A DNA stretch of 64,000 nt, taken from contig CAXXLL010000003.1 of the NCBI GenBank assembly GCA_963662545.2, positions 1,312,001 to 1,376,000 on the forward strand, in the 5' to 3' direction. Of this stretch, positions 59,559-64,000 are shown one piece after another. Every line of letters begins with the position of its first letter. Positions within the stretch are counted from its first letter, which is position 1. Source of the stretch: Gammaproteobacteria bacterium (GTDB lineage Bacteria; Pseudomonadota; Gammaproteobacteria; Ga0077536). Made by a program: the position numbers and the translations under genes. The notes under the pieces are model-generated. The model was not told where the DNA came from, ran no database searches, and saw only the letters and a program-made list of their open reading frames with translations.

Positions 59559-60308
59559 TCAGGCGATTCCTACCGCGCGGCCCAAAGTATTCCCGATTTC
59601 GGCATGGAGCACGAGGTCGGCCGCGCCATCCTGATCGGTCGGTTCTCGATTGACGATGACGAGTTTCGCGCCGTTGCGTTTGGCAAGTACCGGAAACGCG
59701 GCGGCCGGATACACGACCAGCGACGACCCGAGCGCGATGAACAGATCGCACGCCAGAGTTTCCTCTTCGGCACGATCCATAGCGGCCGCCGGCATCGACT
59801 GACCGAAAGAAATCGTAGCCGTCTTCACGAGCCCCCCGCAAGCGCCGCACACAGGCAGGGTCTCGTCGCGTTCGAAGGCTTCGAAAATCGGTTCGAGTTC
59901 ATAGCGCTTCTTGCAGTCCAGGCAGGCAGCGTAAGTTGAGTTGCCGTGCAGTTCGATCACTTTGGCGTCGCTAACGCCCGATGCCTGGTGCAGACCGTCG
60001 ATATTCTGGGTAATGATCGCACTCATCGTGCCGCGCTCGATCAACGCCGCCAGGGCGCGATGCCCGCGGTTGGGTCGTGCTGCTTTGAAATCGCGATCGA
60101 TCACCCGCTTTCTTCGCCATGACTCCCTGCGCATTTCTTCGGACGACACGAAATCGTCGAATTCGATCGGCTGCATTCGCGTCCAGATGCCGCCGGGACT
60201 CCGAAAATCCGCAATGCCCGATTCCGTGCTGATGCCGGCTCCAGTAAAGGCGACCGTGCGCTTTGAATTCGCGATTAGTTCTGCCAAGCGCTCGATTTCA
60301 TCAGTCAT
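59559..60308 (-). CDS. cobB: Sir2-family NAD-dependent protein deacylase
   Basis: FTGAGISTESGIADFRS, TQNIDGLH, ELHG, two CxxC pairs, GSSL. Confidence 0.93.
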   Translation of the reverse strand: MTDEIERLAELIANSKRTVAFTGAGISTESGIADFRSPGGIWTRMQPIEFDDFVSSEEMRRESWRRKRVIDRDFKAARPNRGHRALAALIERGTMSAIITQNIDGLHQASGVSDAKVIELHGNSTYAACLDCKKRYELEPIFEAFERDETLPVCGACGGLVKTATISFGQSMPAAAMDRAEEETLACDLFIALGSSLVVYPAAAFPVLAKRNGAKLVIVNREPTDQDGAADLVLHAEIGNTLGRAVGIA

Positions 60309-60426
60309 CGTTCAGATCCGTCGTTCATTTTAAGCCGGGGCATTCACGAATGTGAGGCTGGATACTGGTACCATTGGATGGATATACAGTTTATCCAGAG
60401 CACGCTCTTAACGCACCACAAAAAGC

Positions 60427-61404
60427 ATGATCGAAAACACCGGCCCCCGAATTCCTACCGAGCTTCAACCGCAGCCGGGTGACTTCGACTACGACTTGCA
60501 CGATGCCCTCGCCGCGATCGTATCGCTGAGAGCGCGTATCCCCGACGATGCCTTCACCGCACCGATACTCGGCACCGAGCGCGGCGGTCACGGCGTGATG
60601 ATCGGCGACACGAGCTTGATCGTAACGATTGGTTATCTGATCACCGAAGCCGAAGAGATCTGGCTGGTCACACAATCCGGTCACGCCGTACCCGGACATG
60701 TCGTCGGCTACGACTACGAATCAGGCTTAGGTCTGGTGCAGCCGCTGGGCCCACTGGAAGCACCGTCGATGCAGGTCGGAACCACGCGTGCGTTAACGGT
60801 TGGCGAAGACGTGGTCGTCGCTGGATTCGGTGGGCTCGACCAGTCGATCAAGGCGCGCATATCGTCCAAGCGTGAGTTTGCCGGGTATTGGGAATACGTG
60901 CTGGACGAGGCGATTTTCACATCGCCTCCGCATCCGAACTGGGGAGGTGCCGCGCTGATTTCCTCGGCAGGTCATCTCTGCGGCATTGGATCCCTTTACA
61001 TCGATCACGTACTGGCGGAGATTTCGTCGCTGGACGGAAACATGTGCGTTCCCATCGATTTGCTGGAGCCGATAAAAAATGAACTCATGACCTATGGACG
61101 GACGCTCAAGCCCGCACGGCCTTGGCTCGGTGTTTTCATATCCGAAGCGGCTGACAAGTTGATGGTGGCGGGCGCCTATGAGGACGCACCCGCCGCGCAG
61201 GCCGAACTCAGGGCAGGCGACATCGTCGTTGCCGTCGCCGGTGAACCGGTCGCAGGCCTGGCGACGCTGTTTCGAAGCATCTGGGCACTGGGTCCGGCCG
61301 GTACGGAGGTTCCCCTGACCGTGCATCGCGAAGGAAATACCTTCGAGGCGCTGGTGCAGTCGGTCGATCGGCGGGACTTCTGGCGGACCCCCAGCCTTCA
61401 CTGA
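60427..61404 (+). CDS. S1C (HtrA-like) protease-fold plus PDZ protein with a degenerate catalytic triad
   Basis: Trypsin-like fold segments TIGYL, GLGLV, PNWGG, followed by a PDZ domain (RPWLG, APAAQAELRAGD). Confidence 0.8.
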   Translation: MIENTGPRIPTELQPQPGDFDYDLHDALAAIVSLRARIPDDAFTAPILGTERGGHGVMIGDTSLIVTIGYLITEAEEIWLVTQSGHAVPGHVVGYDYESGLGLVQPLGPLEAPSMQVGTTRALTVGEDVVVAGFGGLDQSIKARISSKREFAGYWEYVLDEAIFTSPPHPNWGGAALISSAGHLCGIGSLYIDHVLAEISSLDGNMCVPIDLLEPIKNELMTYGRTLKPARPWLGVFISEAADKLMVAGAYEDAPAAQAELRAGDIVVAVAGEPVAGLATLFRSIWALGPAGTEVPLTVHREGNTFEALVQSVDRRDFWRTPSLH

Positions 61405-61483
61405 CGTCCCGGTTTAGAGATGAACAGATGTTCCGTCGATTTATCCGCGAAACGGCCCACGTTTGAATTACGCATCGGGGGTT

Positions 61484-63016
61484 ATGACCATGCCAGATGA
61501 CAACGATCACAATATCGTAGCGCAACCGAATATCGACGAGCTACGCGCCGCCGCCGCGCGGCTGCATTTCGAATTGAGCGATGATGAACTCGAGATGTAT
61601 GCCGGTCTCATGGAAGGCATGGTCGGGGATTTCAATCTCATCGACTCTCTGGAAGCGCCGAAACTACCGGTTAAATATCCGCGCGATGCAGGTTATCGAC
61701 CGGATGCCGGTGAAAACCCGCTGAATGCCTGGTGTTGGAAAGCTTCAATCAAGGGTGCGGCGAGCGGCAAACTCGCCGGCAAAAAACTGGTCGTGAAGGA
61801 CAATATCGGCGTCGCGGGGATACCGATGTCCAACGGCTCGAAAGTATTCGAAGGTTTCATTCCCGACGAAGACGCGACGGTCGTTACCCGCGTGCTCGAC
61901 GCCGGCGGGGAAATTCTGGGCAAAGCCGTGTGTGAAAATTTCTGTTTTTCAGGCGGCAGTCATACGTCTGCCACAGGCCCCGTACTGAATCCCCATAATT
62001 CGGACTATATGAGCGGCGGTTCGTCGAGCGGCTGCGCGGCGCTCATTGTCGCGGGCGAGTGCGACATGGCGATCGGCGGCGATCAAGGCGGCTCCATCCG
62101 CATGCCGAGTTCATTTTCTGGATGTTACGGGATCAAGCCGAGTTACGGTCTCGTACCCTATACGGGCGCCTGCCCCATCGAGCAGAGTGTCGATCACCTG
62201 GGGCCGATGGCGGGAAACAGCGCCGACTGCGCGCTGCTGCTCGAAGTGCTCGCCGGTTACGACGACGGGCTCGATCCCCGCCAGCCGGCAAACCTGCAGC
62301 CAAAACCCTATGTCAGCGCGCTGGAGAAGGGCGCGGATGGATTGCGCCTGGGCATAGTTAAGCAGGGTTTCGGCACGCCGCTATCAGAACCGGACGTCGA
62401 CGAGATGGTACGCGAGGCGGCGCATCGCATGGAAAAGGCCGGCGCCGTCGTCGAAGAGGTCTCCATCCCCATGCATGTCCAGGCGGCCAGCATCACACTC
62501 ACCAGCATGCTCGATGGCACGCTTTCGACGTTTACGGACCAGGGTACCAACGGACCCAATCCCAAGGGCCATAACGTCATGGAGGCGATCCGGTTCTTCC
62601 AGAAGGCGCGCAAGAAACGCGCAGCCGATTTTCCGGTTACCGTCAAAACCGTGTTGCTGTTTGCCCAGGCCATGCGTGAACGCTATGGAAACTATTATTC
62701 CGCCAAGGCGCAGAACCTGATCCGCAACGTCCGCGCCGCCTACGAAAAAGCATTCACTCATTACGACATCCTCGTGATGCCAACGACCGTAATGAAAGCT
62801 CACCGCATTCCGCCGTCGGATGCGCCCGCTGAGATCATCTGGACCCTCGCGCTCGACATGATCGGCAATACGGCGCCGTTTGATGGAACGGGGCACCCCT
62901 CGATGAGCGTACCGGCCGGGATGTCTAACGGACTGCCGGTCGGCATGATGTTCACGGGACGCTACGGCGAGGACGATGTCGTTTTGCGAACGGGGCATGC
63001 GTTCGAGAAGATCTGA
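61484..63016 (+). CDS. Amidase (amidase signature family)
   Basis: VVKD, GGSSSG, GGDQGGSIRMPS. Confidence 0.94.
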   Translation: MTMPDDNDHNIVAQPNIDELRAAAARLHFELSDDELEMYAGLMEGMVGDFNLIDSLEAPKLPVKYPRDAGYRPDAGENPLNAWCWKASIKGAASGKLAGKKLVVKDNIGVAGIPMSNGSKVFEGFIPDEDATVVTRVLDAGGEILGKAVCENFCFSGGSHTSATGPVLNPHNSDYMSGGSSSGCAALIVAGECDMAIGGDQGGSIRMPSSFSGCYGIKPSYGLVPYTGACPIEQSVDHLGPMAGNSADCALLLEVLAGYDDGLDPRQPANLQPKPYVSALEKGADGLRLGIVKQGFGTPLSEPDVDEMVREAAHRMEKAGAVVEEVSIPMHVQAASITLTSMLDGTLSTFTDQGTNGPNPKGHNVMEAIRFFQKARKKRAADFPVTVKTVLLFAQAMRERYGNYYSAKAQNLIRNVRAAYEKAFTHYDILVMPTTVMKAHRIPPSDAPAEIIWTLALDMIGNTAPFDGTGHPSMSVPAGMSNGLPVGMMFTGRYGEDDVVLRTGHAFEKI

Positions 63017-63176
63017 GATATTTTCATCGGAAAGACGTCCGGAACTCGCGCGAGGCGAAGGGCTGGACCCCGTTTCCCCCGGCATTCGAGGGTGCCGCCG
63101 AACGACCGTCTACCCCGATGGTAACCATGGCCGAAAACGGCCAGTATCGAACGCCTTGGTGCGCTAGGATCGTTCC

Positions 63177-64000
63177 ATGTTGAACGACCACGAAGCCTGC
63201 TACCGCGTTATTGAAACAGGCGATTCGCGGTTCGACGGCCGCATCTATACCGGCGTCAAAACGACCGGGATCTATTGCCGGCCGGTGTGCCCGGCGCGCA
63301 CGCCGAGCCGTCGGAGCGTCGAATTCTTCCCCAGTGCAGCTGCCGCACAAAACGCCGGCTACCGGCCTTGTCTGCGATGCCGCCCAGAACTGTCGCCGGC
63401 GCCCGGTAACACCGGGGAGTTTCCGGATGTCGTGACCCGCGCGCTGGACTTGATTACGGACGGCGCACTTGACGAAGACGGCATTCCGGCGCTGGCCGCG
63501 CGGGTCGGGATCAGTGAACGTCAACTGCGCCGGCTGTTCCTTGAGCACCTCGGCGCCTCACCGTTGAAGATCGTCCAGACGCGTCGAGTCTTGTTCGCGA
63601 AACAATTGCTGCACGATACGAAACTATCGATGGCGGAAGTTGCGATGGCTGCCGGTTTTGGCAGCATTCGCCGGTTCAACGCGACTTTCACAACACTGTT
63701 CGGCAGGCCGCCGCGCTCGCTGCGGCGCGAAACGACGAACCGAGGTGCGCATGCGCGTAGCCACCATGACGGCAATTGGATCGAATTGCGCCTCGGCTTT
63801 CGCCCCCCATTAGACTGGGATTTCTTTTTGAGCTTCTACCGCGCCCGCGCGATACCGGGGCTCGAAACGATTGTAGACGAGTGCTATCGCCGCGTGATCG
63901 CGCTGAACGGAGGCGTCGGTCAGATCGAAGTGCGTCCGGGCGGCGCCGACTATCTAATCGGCGCGATCCGTTTCGATGATGTCACCGCCCTGCCTGCCAT
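63177..64000 (+). CDS. alkA: Ada/AlkA fusion (Ada Zn-binding, AraC HTH, AlkA), runs off the window
   Basis: Not in the ORF track. Manual translation gives MLNDHEACYRVIETGDSRFDGRIYTGVKTTGIYCRPVCPARTP...AGYRPCLRCRPE...ERQLRRLF...GFGSIRRFN. Confidence 0.9.
   Translation, partial: MLNDHEACYRVIETGDSRFDGRIYTGVKTTGIYCRPVCPARTPSRRSVEFFPSAAAAQNAGYRPCLRCRPELSPAPGNTGEFPDVVTRALDLITDGALDEDGIPALAARVGISERQLRRLFLEHLGASPLKIVQTRRVLFAKQLLHDTKLSMAEVAMAAGFGSIRRFNATFTTLFGRPPRSLRRETTNRGAHARSHHDGNWIELRLGFRPPLDWDFFLSFYRARAIPGLETIVDECYRRVIALNGGVGQIEVRPGGADYLIGAIRFDDVTALPA

Overview
A GC-rich bacterial chromosomal window, probably from a Gram-negative proteobacterium (inferred from the MtrAB porin-cytochrome pair, a PQQ quinohemoprotein and a VPLPA-CTERM protein). 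It is dominated by catabolic genes: amidases, four LLM oxidoreductases, a P450, a Rieske oxygenase, three thiolases, a CoA transferase, a NicX-like dioxygenase and a Mo-hydroxylase large subunit. The most striking element is a ~16 kb divergent cluster at 18.4-34.1 kb. One arm encodes an SCP2-type thiolase, a PPDK-like protein lacking its pyruvate-binding domain, a three-gene biotin-dependent carboxylase with an altered carboxyltransferase metal site, a thiolase and an SDR. The other arm encodes an acetone-carboxylase-like AcxABC whose gamma subunit appears to have lost its Zn-binding cysteines. Other notable items: a decaheme MtrA/MtrB pair whose mtrB has one in-frame TAG and a nearby 136-bp diverged copy of an internal segment; two copies of a 162-bp IS5-like MITE with 4-bp target duplications; two families of REP-like palindromes; and an orphan HTH-fused DNA methyltransferase with a perfect palindrome just upstream. 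No rRNA, tRNA or CRISPR array was seen. All functional calls come from reading motifs by eye; no database searches were run.
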